Part shown: positions 32,201 to 42,042 of the stretch, one piece after another
Numbering within the stretch: the first letter of the stretch is position 1
How the letters are laid out: each line of letters opens with the position of its first letter
Assembly (NCBI GenBank): GCA_963793305.1
Contig: CAWBZV010000002.1
Location: 480,001 to 544,000 of the forward strand
Direction: 5' to 3'
DNA length: 64,000 nt
Source: an uncultured Gemmatimonadales bacterium
GTDB lineage: Bacteria > Gemmatimonadota > Gemmatimonadetes > Gemmatimonadales > Gemmatimonadaceae
Notes under the pieces: model-generated
Seen by the model: the letters and a program-made list of their open reading frames with translations, nothing else
What the model was told of the DNA's origin: nothing
Databases searched by the model: none
Translations under genes and position numbers: made by a program

Positions 32201-32222
32201 CTGACCACAGCACGAATCTCAC
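29205..32222 (-). CDS. Lipoprotein with 11 tandem Big_2 domains
   Basis: AVAC lipobox; colinear with 25618-28056 plus two extra domains. Confidence 0.88.
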   Translation of the reverse strand: MRFVLWSAVAIIAIGIAVACSHEATGPNSQGITDIVMTPDTLNLAIGDTATVQAQPVTASGSHVTGQTLFWSTSDPTIATVTQGGKVTGVAVGAVNIDASTAGVSPTHPARVVVVSVPVAKVIVAPSSVTMRVGDAFQFTDTTKDASGNVLTGRTVVWSSSDTTIAPVDQAGLVLAKALGTVTITASSGKASGTGSVTVSLVPVKKILIAPSSPSVIVHDSTQLSATTEDSVGNVLTGRVITWSSSNAAVSTVDANGVVTGVKVGVDTITATSGSATASVPFTVQAVPINAVVISPQSSNLLVGQQQTLTAEVTDNSGNPIAGSTVTFSSGATGVATVTATGPLTATVTAIGSGQATITGTSGTKSGTATINVAIVPVASVTVTPTTDTVTLGGTVQLTATLKDSAGNTLTGRTVTWQSLNTGVATVSATGLVTSVNVGTAVIKATSGGSQGLAEVTVNQVPVGSVTISPQNDTVSIGAQKQLTATVVDANGHTITNPAVTWSSPTPGIAIVSSTGLVQGVATGTAQIIAASGGKADTNTTLVVPATVATVNVSIGSSTIAVGGTTIVTATSKDGNSNVLPGRTVVWSSGGTGTASVSAGGVDPTTQLDTATVTGVAIGGPVSITATSSNNVQGSAQVTVATAINHIQLTPNQFTINTHSTRQVTAQAFPVSGGPISGVVFTWTTKSGGTIAAVDANGNVSGVGPGNDSVYASAQGVTGSATVTVNQVPAATVIIVPASSTMPNNSSLPLGDTVKDAAGDTLLNRTVTWKSSDNTIATVSATGLVQPGTASPDTGMVTITATSGSANGTATVHVVYPTVTNVSVTPSPDTIYATSPNAGPVNLTATTTPAGVPVAWSNNNTAVATVSGTGVVTPTGTAAGTATITATSPPGGTATGTATVVVLGHIQTVNVNPGTTILSVSGSIQPTTTTVTAQLIDSFGTDVSSQRMVTWATSDPTSVTISTAGPVLATTPVTLTAIANNSLTVTITATSSDGMVGTTVITVLP

Positions 32223-33209
32223 TCAGAGCGCTCTGTGCAGGAGTGATACCACCGCGGCTTCAATCGCCCCCAGGAGGGTTACGCCGGCCGCAGCCGCGAT
32301 GCCAGCCCCCAGATTCTTCTGGTCGGTCGTCTGGTAATTCTGCATGTACGGGTGCCCGTTGCGGTCCGTATAGGTCGCCGTCTTGGTGACCGTCCGCGAC
32401 TGCACCCCCCAAACGACCGCACCCGCCGAGGCGCCGGTTACGAGGACGCCGAGGAGGGGCTGCCGTGTATAGTACTGGCCTCCCCCCGGGATCAGGCCCA
32501 GCCAGAACGCGGCCGTGGCGCTCGGCAACTCGCGGTGGAGGGCGAGCTCGCGCTGGCTCACGGCGTCGCTATCGCCTGCGGCGGGCGTCAGGCGGATGTA
32601 TTGGTCGAAGTCGCGAATGGCCGCCAGCTGGTGGTGCTGGTGCGCGAGGGCCAGCGCGTGATCGTAGAATCCGGGGGCAAATCCAGGTTCAGCGGCGATC
32701 ACGTCTGAGAACGCCTGCTCGGCACTGCCCCAATCAGATCGATCATAGGCCTGCACGCCGTCTCTAAACCGCTCGACGAGAGTTGTGCCGCGCGCCAGTT
32801 CGGGACCTGGCACGATCTCCGCTATCTTGTCGCGGATCCGCGCGGCGTCGCCGGCGGTCGGGGACAGAAATAGGTAGCGGCAGTACTCGAGAATGGCGTC
32901 CGGCTTGTCGCCCATCTCCTCGTTCTCGCGACCGAGGCGATAGGCGAGACTCGCGTCGCCTTGGCTGAGTTGGGCCGCTTGCAGCAACAAATCGCGCGCC
33001 GACTTGTGGTCGCCCTCGAGGGCGGCTTCGGCGCCCAAAGCAGCCATGCGGTTGGCTTCGTCGGTCTGCGCGCGGACCGGGCCAATGGGCGCGATGAAGG
33101 CCGGGCAGGCGATGACGATGGCTGCCGGCGCGGTGCGCTTGAGCGGCAGCTCTTGTGCGACGAGCGGTACGATCGGGACCACGGACCAAACGAGAACGCG
33201 ACCGTTCAT
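32223..33209 (-). CDS. Secreted TPR protein (paralog B, lacks C-terminal tail)
   Basis: Clear paralog of 28087-29208 (AQELPLKRT...GLIPGGGQYY...LLGAIEAA). Confidence 0.8.
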   Translation of the reverse strand: MNGRVLVWSVVPIVPLVAQELPLKRTAPAAIVIACPAFIAPIGPVRAQTDEANRMAALGAEAALEGDHKSARDLLLQAAQLSQGDASLAYRLGRENEEMGDKPDAILEYCRYLFLSPTAGDAARIRDKIAEIVPGPELARGTTLVERFRDGVQAYDRSDWGSAEQAFSDVIAAEPGFAPGFYDHALALAHQHHQLAAIRDFDQYIRLTPAAGDSDAVSQRELALHRELPSATAAFWLGLIPGGGQYYTRQPLLGVLVTGASAGAVVWGVQSRTVTKTATYTDRNGHPYMQNYQTTDQKNLGAGIAAAAGVTLLGAIEAAVVSLLHRAL

Positions 33210-36200
33210 GGACCGACCATGATCGTCACGGAGCCCTGCGCTCCATCATCGGTCGTGGCCGTGATCGTCACCAATGCGCTGTTCGTCGACACCGCCTGCA
33301 GGGTGATCACCGTCGTCGCGGGGTTGGCGACGAACGGCCCCGAGCTGCCGTTGATCGTCACCGTCGACCCATCGGACGACGTCCACGTGACCTCGCGTTG
33401 CGATGAGACATCGGTGCCGAATGTATCGAGCAACTGCGCCGACGCGGTAGTGCTGTTCGCGCCGGACAGACTGAGGGTCGTCGTGCCGGCGTTCACGTTG
33501 ACCGTTCCCACGTGGCCGATCACGGTGATGGCCGACGAGCCGGATGCCGAGCTGTTCGTGCTCGTCGCCGTGATCGTCACCGGACCTGCCGCCGTACCCG
33601 CCGCCGTCACGAGCCCGTTGCCATCCACATTCGCGATAGCCGAGCCGCCGTTCGACCACGTGACGGCGATGCCAGCCGGTGTCGTCGTCGCGCCCAACTG
33701 AATCTGGTTACTCGGCGACGTGGCGAAGATCGTCGCGCTCGACGGATTGACGCCGACCGACGTCACGGCTGGGTTCGTAATGTCGACCGTCGCGGTGCCG
33801 TTCGCGCTGCCGCTCGCCGCGGTAAAGGTCACCGTGCCGGTGTCGTTCACCACACCGACGGGTTGCACGAGGCCCGTGTTCGATATCGTCGCGACTCCGG
33901 TATTGCTCGACGTCCAGGTCACCGTTCTCCCGGTGAGCACCGTGCCACCCGCGTCTTTCAGTGTCGCGGTCAGCTGCTGGGTCTGTGCCGTCGTAATCGT
34001 GGAGGTGGGCGGTGCGACGGTCACGCTCGCGACCGGATCCTGCGTGATGGTCACCGTCGCGGTCCCGTTCACACCACCACTGGTCGCGGTGATCGTCACG
34101 GTTCCGGTGTCATTTGGTCCCGTGGGCGACACGAGCCCGGTATTGGACACCGTCGCGATCGTCGGGTCGCTGGTTGTCCATGTCACCGGCCTCCCCGTGA
34201 GCACCGTGCCGCCCGCGTCCTTGAGCGTCGGGGTCAGCTGCTGGGTCTGGGTCGCGCTGATCGTCGAAGTCGGCGGCGCGACGGCGACGCTCGCGACTGG
34301 GTCTGGTGTGATCGTGACCATTGCGGTCCCATTCACACCACCGCTCGTCGCGGTGATGGTGACGGTGCCGCTGTCATTCGCGCCCGTTGGAGAGACGAGC
34401 CCGGTGTTCGACACGGTCGCGATCGCCGTATTGCTCGATGACCACGTGACCGGTCGACCCGTGAGCACCGTTCCGCCGGCGTCTTTCAACGTCGCGTTCA
34501 GTTGCTGAGTCTGCGTAGCGTTGATCGTCGATGTCGGCGGCGCGACCGTGACGCTCGCGACGGGGTCCTGGGTAATCGCGACCGTCGCCGTCCCATTCAC
34601 GCCGCCACTCGTCGCGGTGATCGTGACAGTGCCGCTGTCGTTCGCTCCGGTTGGCGATACCAGGCCCGTGTTCGACACCGTCGCGACCGCCGTATTGCTC
34701 GACGACCACGTGACCGCTCGACCCGTGAGCACCGTTCCGCCGGCGTCTTTCAGTGTCGCGGTGAGTTGCTGCGTCTGAGTCGAAGAGATCGTGGAAGACA
34801 GGGGAGCGACCGCTACGCTCGCGACTGGGTCTTGAGTGATCGCGACGGTTGCGGTCCCGTTCACGCCACCACTGGTCGCGGTGATCGTGACGGTGCCGCT
34901 GTCGTTCGCGCCGGTCGGCGAGACCAGGCCCGTGTTCGACACCGTCGCGACCGCGGTATTGCTCGACGACCACGTGATGGCGCGACCTGTGAGCACCGTT
35001 CCGCCAGCGTCTTTCAACGTTGCGGTGAGCTGCTGGGTCTGCGTAGCCGAGATGCTGGAAGACGAGGGCGCTACGGTGACGTTCGCGATGGGGTCCTGCG
35101 CAATGGCGACGGTCGCCGTACCACTCTTCCCGCCGCTCGACGCCGTGATGGTCACCGTCCCGCTGTCGTTGACTCCTGTTGGAGACACGAGACCCGTGCT
35201 CGACACCGTCGCGACCGCGGTATTGCTCGACGACCACGTCACCGGCCGGCCGGTAATCACGGTCCCGCCCGCGTCCTTCAATGTCGCGGTGAGCTGCTGC
35301 GTCTGGGTCGCCGAGATAGCGGAAGACGGAGGCGCGACGGTGACGGTTGCGACGGGATCTTGCGCGATCGAGACCGTTGCCGTCCCGCTCGCACTGCCGC
35401 TGGTCGCGGTGATGGTCACGGTACCGCTGTCGTTCGCTCCGGTCGGAGAGACGAGGCCCGTGTTCGAGACCGTCGCGACCCCTGTATTGCTGGACGACCA
35501 CGTGACCGTTCGTCCGGTGAGCGTCGCGCCACTTGCGTCCGTGAGCGTCGCGGTCAGTTGCTGCGTCTGAGTGGCCGAGATGTTGGAAGACGGCGGTGTC
35601 ACCACCACGTTGGCGACCGGATCGGGCACGACAGCGACAGTGGCAGTGCCGCTCTTGCCGCCGGTCGTGGCGGAGATGGTCACGGTACCGCTATCGTTCG
35701 CGCCGGTCGGAGAGACGAGGCCGGTGTTCGAGACCGTCGCGATGCTTGGGTTACTCGACGTCCAGGTCACGACTCGCCCGCTGAGCACTGTTCCACCACC
35801 GTCTTTCACTGTGGCGGTCAGCTGCTGCGTCTGCGAGGCGTTGATCGTCGACGACGTTGGCGCGACGGAAACGCTTCCGACAGGATCCTGTCCGATCGTG
35901 ACGGTCGCCGTCCCGGCGCCGCTGCCGCTCGTCGCGGTGATGGTGACGGTGCCGCTGTCGTTCGTGCCGGTGGGAGAGACGAGACCTGTGTTCGAGACCG
36001 TCGCGACCGACGGATTGCTCGAGGACCACGCGATCGGCCGGCCGGTGAGATTCGCGCCACCCGCATCGGTGAGCGTCGCGGTCAGCTGCTGCGTCTGACT
36101 CGCGTTGATCGTGGAGGATGGCGGGCTGACGGCGATCGTAGCGACGGGATCCTGGACGATCGTGACCGTGGCCGACGCGCTCTTGCCGCCGCTGCTCACG

Positions 36201-38595
36201 GTGATGGTGACCGTCCCGCTGTCATTGAGGCCGCCGACCGGCCGCACGAGCCCCGTGTTGGAAACCGTGGCCACGCCGGGTTTGCTGGACGTCCATGTGA
36301 CGGGCCGCTGGAGCGTATCGCCCTGCGAATCGTCCAGCGTATCGGACATTTGCAGCGTCTGCGCCGCGGTAATCGTCGCGGTCGTGGGCACGATGACCAC
36401 GCTCGAGACGGGTGCCAGCGTGACGGTGATGCCACCCCCGCCCGTCTTGCCGCCGGTCGATGCGTAGACCGAGTCCGAACCGGCGGCCACGCCGGTCACG
36501 ACTCCGGTCTGATCGACGCTGGCGATGCTGCCGCCGGACTTCGTGATCCACGTGAACTGGCGGCCCGCGAGAAGATTGTTGTTGGCGTCGTACGCCTTCG
36601 CGACCACCGTGCTGGTGAAGCGGACGTTGACCGTGAACAGATTTGGCGTCAGCACGACGAACGCGACGGGAACATTGCTCACCGTCACCTGGGTCGTGCC
36701 ATTCACATTGTTGCCCGAGCTCGCGGTGACCGTGATCGGGCCGCCGGATGCGACGCCGGTCGCGGTGCAGGTGTCGAGCTGCGTGACCGGATCGACACCG
36801 CCGGCACTCACGGTCACGTTGCCGGTTGCCGCCGATTGCCAGGTCACGCTGCGGCCGGACAACACGTTGCCGCTCCCATCCTTCTGCGTTGCCGTGAGGA
36901 TCGCGGTCTGTCCGACGATGATGGTGACGGGATTGGGCGTCACGGTCACCGACGCCGTCGGCGCGGCGATGACGGTCGTCGTGTTCGTATCCGCTTTCGC
37001 GCCGCTCTGCGCGATGACCTGCGCGACGCCGGGCGCCACGCCTTGAACGAGGCCCGTGCTCGACACGAATGCGATCCCGTTGTTCGTCGAGCTCCAGGCC
37101 ACCGCGGGGTTCGTGATCACGTTCCCCAACGAGTCCGTCACCGTAACGGTCAGTTGGGTCTGTGTCCCCGCGGTGACCGTCACGGTCTTCGGTGAGATCG
37201 CGACCGAGCCGACTGGAATGGGTTTCACGGTCACCGTTGCGGCGGCTACCTTGCCGCCGCTCGTCGCGACAATGGCGACGGTGCCGGCGCCGACGCCCGC
37301 GACCAATCCCGAGGTCGAGACGGTCGCGACCGCGCTATTGCTCGAAGACCACGCCACCGTCCGTCCGCTCAGCGTATTCCCCGCCGAATCTTTCACGGTC
37401 GCCGTGAGCTGCGCGGTTCCGCCGATCGTGATCGAGTCGAGCGTCGGCGCGATGCTGATCGACCCGACCGGCACCAAGGCGACATTCACGGTCGCCGTGC
37501 CGGATTTCGTGCCGCTGGTTCCAGTGATCTGCGCCTGTCCCGACCCCACGGCGGTCAACATTGCGGTCAACGGACCGGTGGCCGTGACGGTCGCGACGCC
37601 GGGCGTGTTCGAAACGAATGCCACCGTCGCGCCCGCGATCGGGTTCCCCTGATTATCGGTCACTTCCGCGGTGAGCGCTTGGCTTTGCCCGACGAGCAGA
37701 TTCGAGAGCGCGGGCGACATGACGACGGTGTTGATCGGCACCGCCTGCACGGTGAGCGTGGCGGTCGACGTGACGCCGCCGCTCGTCGCGCCGACGGTCA
37801 CCGAGGCGACGCGCTTGCCGGTCACCGTCCCGGTCTGGTCGATCGTCGCGATCGTCGTATCGCGCGAGAACCATGTGAGGCTTCGGCCCGTGAGCACATT
37901 GCCCGCCGAGTCCTTCGTGGTCGCCGACAGCTGCGTTGTTTGCCCGACGATTACACTCGGGCTGTTGGGCGAGAGCACGATCGTCGCCACGGGGACGAGG
38001 GTCACCGTGACCGTGGCGGTGCCAACGATCGAGCCCGATGCTGCTTGGACGGTTGCCATGCCCGGCCTCCGCGCGATCACGAAGCCGGATTGGTCGACCC
38101 CCGCGATGGTCGTGTCACTGATCGACCAGATCACCGGTCGTCCCGTGAGCGCGTGGCCCGTCGCGTCCTTCGTGGTGTCGGTATACTGCGTCGCGGTGCC
38201 GACGCGCAGCAGGGCAGTGCTGGGCGCCACGACGACCGACGCGACGGGAACGGGGAGAACGGTGATCTGCGCCGGGTGACTGGGCGAGACGCCGGCGGTG
38301 CTCGCATCGATGGTGGCCGTGCCGACGGCGATGGCGGTGACGACACCGCCCTGGGTAATCGTCGCGACACTGGTGTTGCTCGAACTCCAGAAGATCGGCA
38401 GGTTGTTGACCGGTCCTCCGCCCGAACGTCACGGGTTGCGCTGAAAACGTCTTCATGGCGCCAAGGACAATCGACACCGTGTCGGGGGTGATGATGATGT
38501 CCGCGACGTGGTGCGCATTCGGCCCGGTGACGTCGCTCGCGCACGCGGCCAACAGGATGGCCGCGGCGATTCTACCGTGGAATCGTAATAGCCAC
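33206..38595 (-). CDS. Giant lipoprotein with ~20 Big_2 domains (frameshift ~38426; start uncertain)
   Basis: LLAAC-ASDVTGPN N-terminus in one frame, joined to the 1674-aa ORF by removing 1 nt. Confidence 0.8.
33775..36152 (-). repeat. Nine tandem 264-bp (88-aa) intragenic repeats
   Basis: DPVA.V.VAP..STI...QTQQLTATL.DAGG..LTGR.VTW.SSN..ATVSNTGLVSPTG.NDSGTVTITA units at 264-nt spacing; boundaries approximate. Confidence 0.85.
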
Positions 38596-41136
38596 CGGTT
38601 CGGACCGATGCGTCGTCGTGCCGTCGCCCAGCTGGCCGTCACTGTTGTAGCCCCAGCAGAGCGTGGCGCTGGTCGATGTCATCGCGCACGTGTGCGAACC
38701 GCTGGCGTGAATGGCCGCCAACGACTGCGTAGACGTGACGCGCACCGGCGCTGTACGATCGAGCGTCGTACCATCGCCCAGCTGCCCGTAAGTGTTCCGT
38801 CCCCAGCAATACGCGTCGCCACCGGTCGTGAGTGCGCAGGAGTGAACCAGCCCGGCGGCCAACGACATATACGTCGCGGTCGTTTTCACCGGGGTCGGCG
38901 TATCGTGTTCCTGCAGGTCGCCGACACCGAGCTGTCCATAGCTATTCCGACCCCAGCAATATGGTTGACCCGCGGTCGTCAACGCGCAAGAGTGATAGCC
39001 ACCGGCGGCGATCGCTCGAAACGCGACGCCTCCGAGGAGCGGTCCCGGGACGGCCCGGACGATGTGCGTACCGTCGCCCAATTGGCCATATGAATTCTGA
39101 CCCCAGCAGTACGCTTGCCCGACTTGATCAAGCGCGCACGCGTGGTGGGCGCCCGCGGTCAGTACCACGAAGTGAACGAGGCTGGCGACTTTGGCCGGCG
39201 TGCTACTGTTGCTCGTGCTTCCGTTTCCGAGCTCGCCGTACAGGTTTCGGCCCCAGCACCATGCCTCTCCGGCGGCAGTCAACGCGCACGAGTACCCGGC
39301 GCCCGCCACGATGGTGTGAAACACATGGTCGCCGGCGACCTTCGTGGGCGTCGAGTGATCGCTCGCATCGCCGGTCCCGAGCTGGCCGAACGTGTTGCCC
39401 CCCCAGCAGTACGCGGCGCCGGTGCGGCTGACGGCGCACGTGTGATCCTCGCCTGACGCAATTTGCGAGAATGCGACATCGGCGTTGGCTCGCATCACGG
39501 CCTGCTCGCGCGCCGTCGATCCCACGCCGAGCTGGCCTCGGTCGTTGTTGCCCCAACACAGTGCGGTCCCTTGCCCATCGAGCTCGCAGGTGTGCAGCCC
39601 GCCGCCTGATATCGGTGAGGTGGCCGGCGGATGGATGATCGCCCCCGTCACGAGCGCCGATGGTTTGGCGCTCGACTCGGAGACGGTAGGCGTAGGCGCC
39701 GGAGGTGCAGGTTTTTGCACGGTCGCCGGCGGAGGCGGCGTAGGTGTGCTCTTCGCCGCGAGCAGCTTCGCCGCGGAATCGCGCTGGGCAAACAACTGCA
39801 TAGCGGCGCCAGAGTCTGCCGCCGCCGTTGCCGCCGCCGCGCTATCCGCGGCCCGCCGGATTGCCTCCTGACCCGCCCGCGCCAGCGAGTCTCGGTACGC
39901 CGCAATTGATGCCTGCTGCTCGCTATCCGCCCGATGCGAGACGTTGGCCGATGATCCCGAAAACGCCCGCGCACTCGGCGTGTGCTTCCAGAGCAGATCC
40001 GGATTGATGAGAAACGTCAGCAGCGCACCGACAACCAGCGCGCCCCCGGCGAGGATGAGCCCGATCGGTCCATTGCGCCGGCGCGTCGGTACCGGGATGA
40101 GCGACAGATCCGGGAGGCCGCCGTCGAACGACGGATGCGCGGCGTTCGGCACGTCGTCCTGGCCTCGACGGTATTGCATCGTGTGCAGCGCCGTCGACCC
40201 GGCGTTCATGGTGCTGCCGGCGAGCGGTGGCAGGTGCTGGGCCAGGCGATTGGTTGTCGTCGCCGCGGAAGCCTGGGACGTCCGATCACGCACCCACTCG
40301 TCGTCCGACAACGCGCTCAGGAACGCTTGCGCGCTTTCCCAGCGCGCGTCGCGATTTTTCTCCAGCGCGCGCTCGGTCACCGCCATGAGCCGCGGCGGGA
40401 CATCACCTCGAGCGCCAGCGATGGCGGGCAGGGGATCGAACTTCTGGCGGTACATGACGTCCGCGACGTTCATGTCGACCCAGGGCCGTACGCCGAGCAA
40501 CATCTCGTAGCCGACGAGGCCGAGCGAGAAGAGATCGCTCCGTCCATCGAGCGCCAGCCCGTCGATCTGCTCCGGCGACATGTACGCCGGCGTTCCCACG
40601 AGGAGATCGGCCGACGGGGTCTGACGTCTCATCTCTGCGGATAGGGCTATCCCGAAGTCCGACAATAACGCGCGGCCGGTCTCGTCGTTCAAGAAGATGT
40701 TCTCGGGCTTAACGTCCCGGTGCACGACGCCGCGCGCATGCGCATACGCCAACGCCGCCGCGATATCAATGAGGACGGCCTCGGCGCGCTCCGGCGCGAA
40801 CGGCCCGTCCTCATGAATCGCGCGCTCCAGGCTCCGTCCGGGGATATACTGCATCACCAACGCGAGCCCGCGCGTCGAGAGTCGCTTGACGGCGTGGATC
40901 GCGACGACGTTCGGATGCTGCAGTTGCGCGACCGTGCGCGCTTCGTTCAGCTGCCGGGCGATCGTCTCGTCGTCGATCCCACTGGCCGTGTGGATGACTT
41001 TGATCGCCACATCGCGACCGAGCTCCCGATCGCGCGCCAAATAGACGATCGACATCCCCCCGCGGCCGAGCTCACCCAGAATCTCGTAATCGGCCTCGAG
41101 CTCTCGAATCTCGACGAGGGTCGCTTCTTCGGCCAA
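38572..41136 (-). CDS. Transmembrane Ser/Thr kinase with extracytoplasmic RCC1 beta-propeller
   Basis: GRGGMS, HRDVKPEN, DFG; TM; Pro-rich linker; repeated H.C.L...G.AYCWG.N.YGQLG; likely TTG start 41136. Confidence 0.9.
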   Translation of the reverse strand: MAEEATLVEIRELEADYEILGELGRGGMSIVYLARDRELGRDVAIKVIHTASGIDDETIARQLNEARTVAQLQHPNVVAIHAVKRLSTRGLALVMQYIPGRSLERAIHEDGPFAPERAEAVLIDIAAALAYAHARGVVHRDVKPENIFLNDETGRALLSDFGIALSAEMRRQTPSADLLVGTPAYMSPEQIDGLALDGRSDLFSLGLVGYEMLLGVRPWVDMNVADVMYRQKFDPLPAIAGARGDVPPRLMAVTERALEKNRDARWESAQAFLSALSDDEWVRDRTSQASAATTTNRLAQHLPPLAGSTMNAGSTALHTMQYRRGQDDVPNAAHPSFDGGLPDLSLIPVPTRRRNGPIGLILAGGALVVGALLTFLINPDLLWKHTPSARAFSGSSANVSHRADSEQQASIAAYRDSLARAGQEAIRRAADSAAAATAAADSGAAMQLFAQRDSAAKLLAAKSTPTPPPPATVQKPAPPAPTPTVSESSAKPSALVTGAIIHPPATSPISGGGLHTCELDGQGTALCWGNNDRGQLGVGSTAREQAVMRANADVAFSQIASGEDHTCAVSRTGAAYCWGGNTFGQLGTGDASDHSTPTKVAGDHVFHTIVAGAGYSCALTAAGEAWCWGRNLYGELGNGSTSNSSTPAKVASLVHFVVLTAGAHHACALDQVGQAYCWGQNSYGQLGDGTHIVRAVPGPLLGGVAFRAIAAGGYHSCALTTAGQPYCWGRNSYGQLGVGDLQEHDTPTPVKTTATYMSLAAGLVHSCALTTGGDAYCWGRNTYGQLGDGTTLDRTAPVRVTSTQSLAAIHASGSHTCAMTSTSATLCWGYNSDGQLGDGTTTHRSEPVAITIPR

Positions 41137-41140
41137 TCGG

Positions 41141-41920
41141 CTACCGCTCTCGGAACCGGAAGAGGACGTCGCCCATCTCGATTTGGTCGCCATCGTGCAG
41201 CACACGCTGGCCGTGGGCCGTGTCCAACGCTTCCCCGTTGATCACGACGGGGTTCGTCTGAGAGAGATTCGTGATCTTCCAGCGGCCTTCCACGTACTGC
41301 ATGCGGGCGTGCTGGCGACTGATCGTCTGCGAGCGCAACTGGACATGCCGATAGGGCGGCCCCGCGACGCGACCGAATGTCACCTCGGGAATCTCTCCCC
41401 AGGTCCGAACGAATCGGATGTCCCGTCCCGGCACATCGCCGTCGAGCACTTCCAATCGACCCGGCAAAAACTGCAATGTGCCTTCGGCCGGCGCGACGCT
41501 CTGCACGATTTTCCCGTTACCGTTGGCGCCATTGACGCCATTCAGCGACCGGCCCGTGCCGTTCGAGTGCGGTGGATCCGTCGATGGAGGTGTCGGCGGT
41601 GCCACCGTTTGCACGTGACTGCGCACGTCCGGCTGCGGCGAGAACGCCGTGGGTTGCGGCATGGCGGTCGCCGGGGTCGTCGGCCCTTCGATGGCCGCGC
41701 CGCGCAACGAATCGCGCAAAGGCTGTAATGGGAGCTCGGCCATCCCACGGCGGTGAACCGGGATGACGAGTGGCACCGGCTCAGGAACGTCGAGCTCGCG
41801 CTCGATCCGCCGCGACTTGACGATCGCTAACACCGCCCAGATCACAAGGGTAGCGCCAGCGATGATCGCCGCGGCAATCAACCACATCGGATCGATAGTT
41901 GTATTTGTCAGACTAGGCAT
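41141..41920 (-). CDS. Membrane-anchored FHA domain protein
   Basis: N-terminal TM, Pro-rich linker, FGR...SRQHA...NLSQTNP..ING...LHDGDQIEMG. Confidence 0.9.
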   Translation of the reverse strand: MPSLTNTTIDPMWLIAAAIIAGATLVIWAVLAIVKSRRIERELDVPEPVPLVIPVHRRGMAELPLQPLRDSLRGAAIEGPTTPATAMPQPTAFSPQPDVRSHVQTVAPPTPPSTDPPHSNGTGRSLNGVNGANGNGKIVQSVAPAEGTLQFLPGRLEVLDGDVPGRDIRFVRTWGEIPEVTFGRVAGPPYRHVQLRSQTISRQHARMQYVEGRWKITNLSQTNPVVINGEALDTAHGQRVLHDGDQIEMGDVLFRFRER

Positions 41921-42042
41921 GGCACACACCGGCCCGGCGGTGTGGCCGCCAGGCTACAGGAAGATCCACAGAACCACTGTAAGAAACGTTCCGCCGGCTT
42001 CTGCGGCAATGCAGTGGCGCTTGTGTAACCAGGCTCAGCCTT

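Noticed and set aside
33775..36152. Regular repeats as a CRISPR array or DGR template
   Set aside because: Units are 264-bp in-frame coding repeats with synonymous variation; no spacers, cas genes or reverse transcriptase in the window.
16600..37195. Long antisense ORFs (e.g. 16600-19485, 31039-32337, 34502-37195)
   Set aside because: Shadow ORFs of real genes, expected from high GC and strong codon bias; no recognisable motifs.
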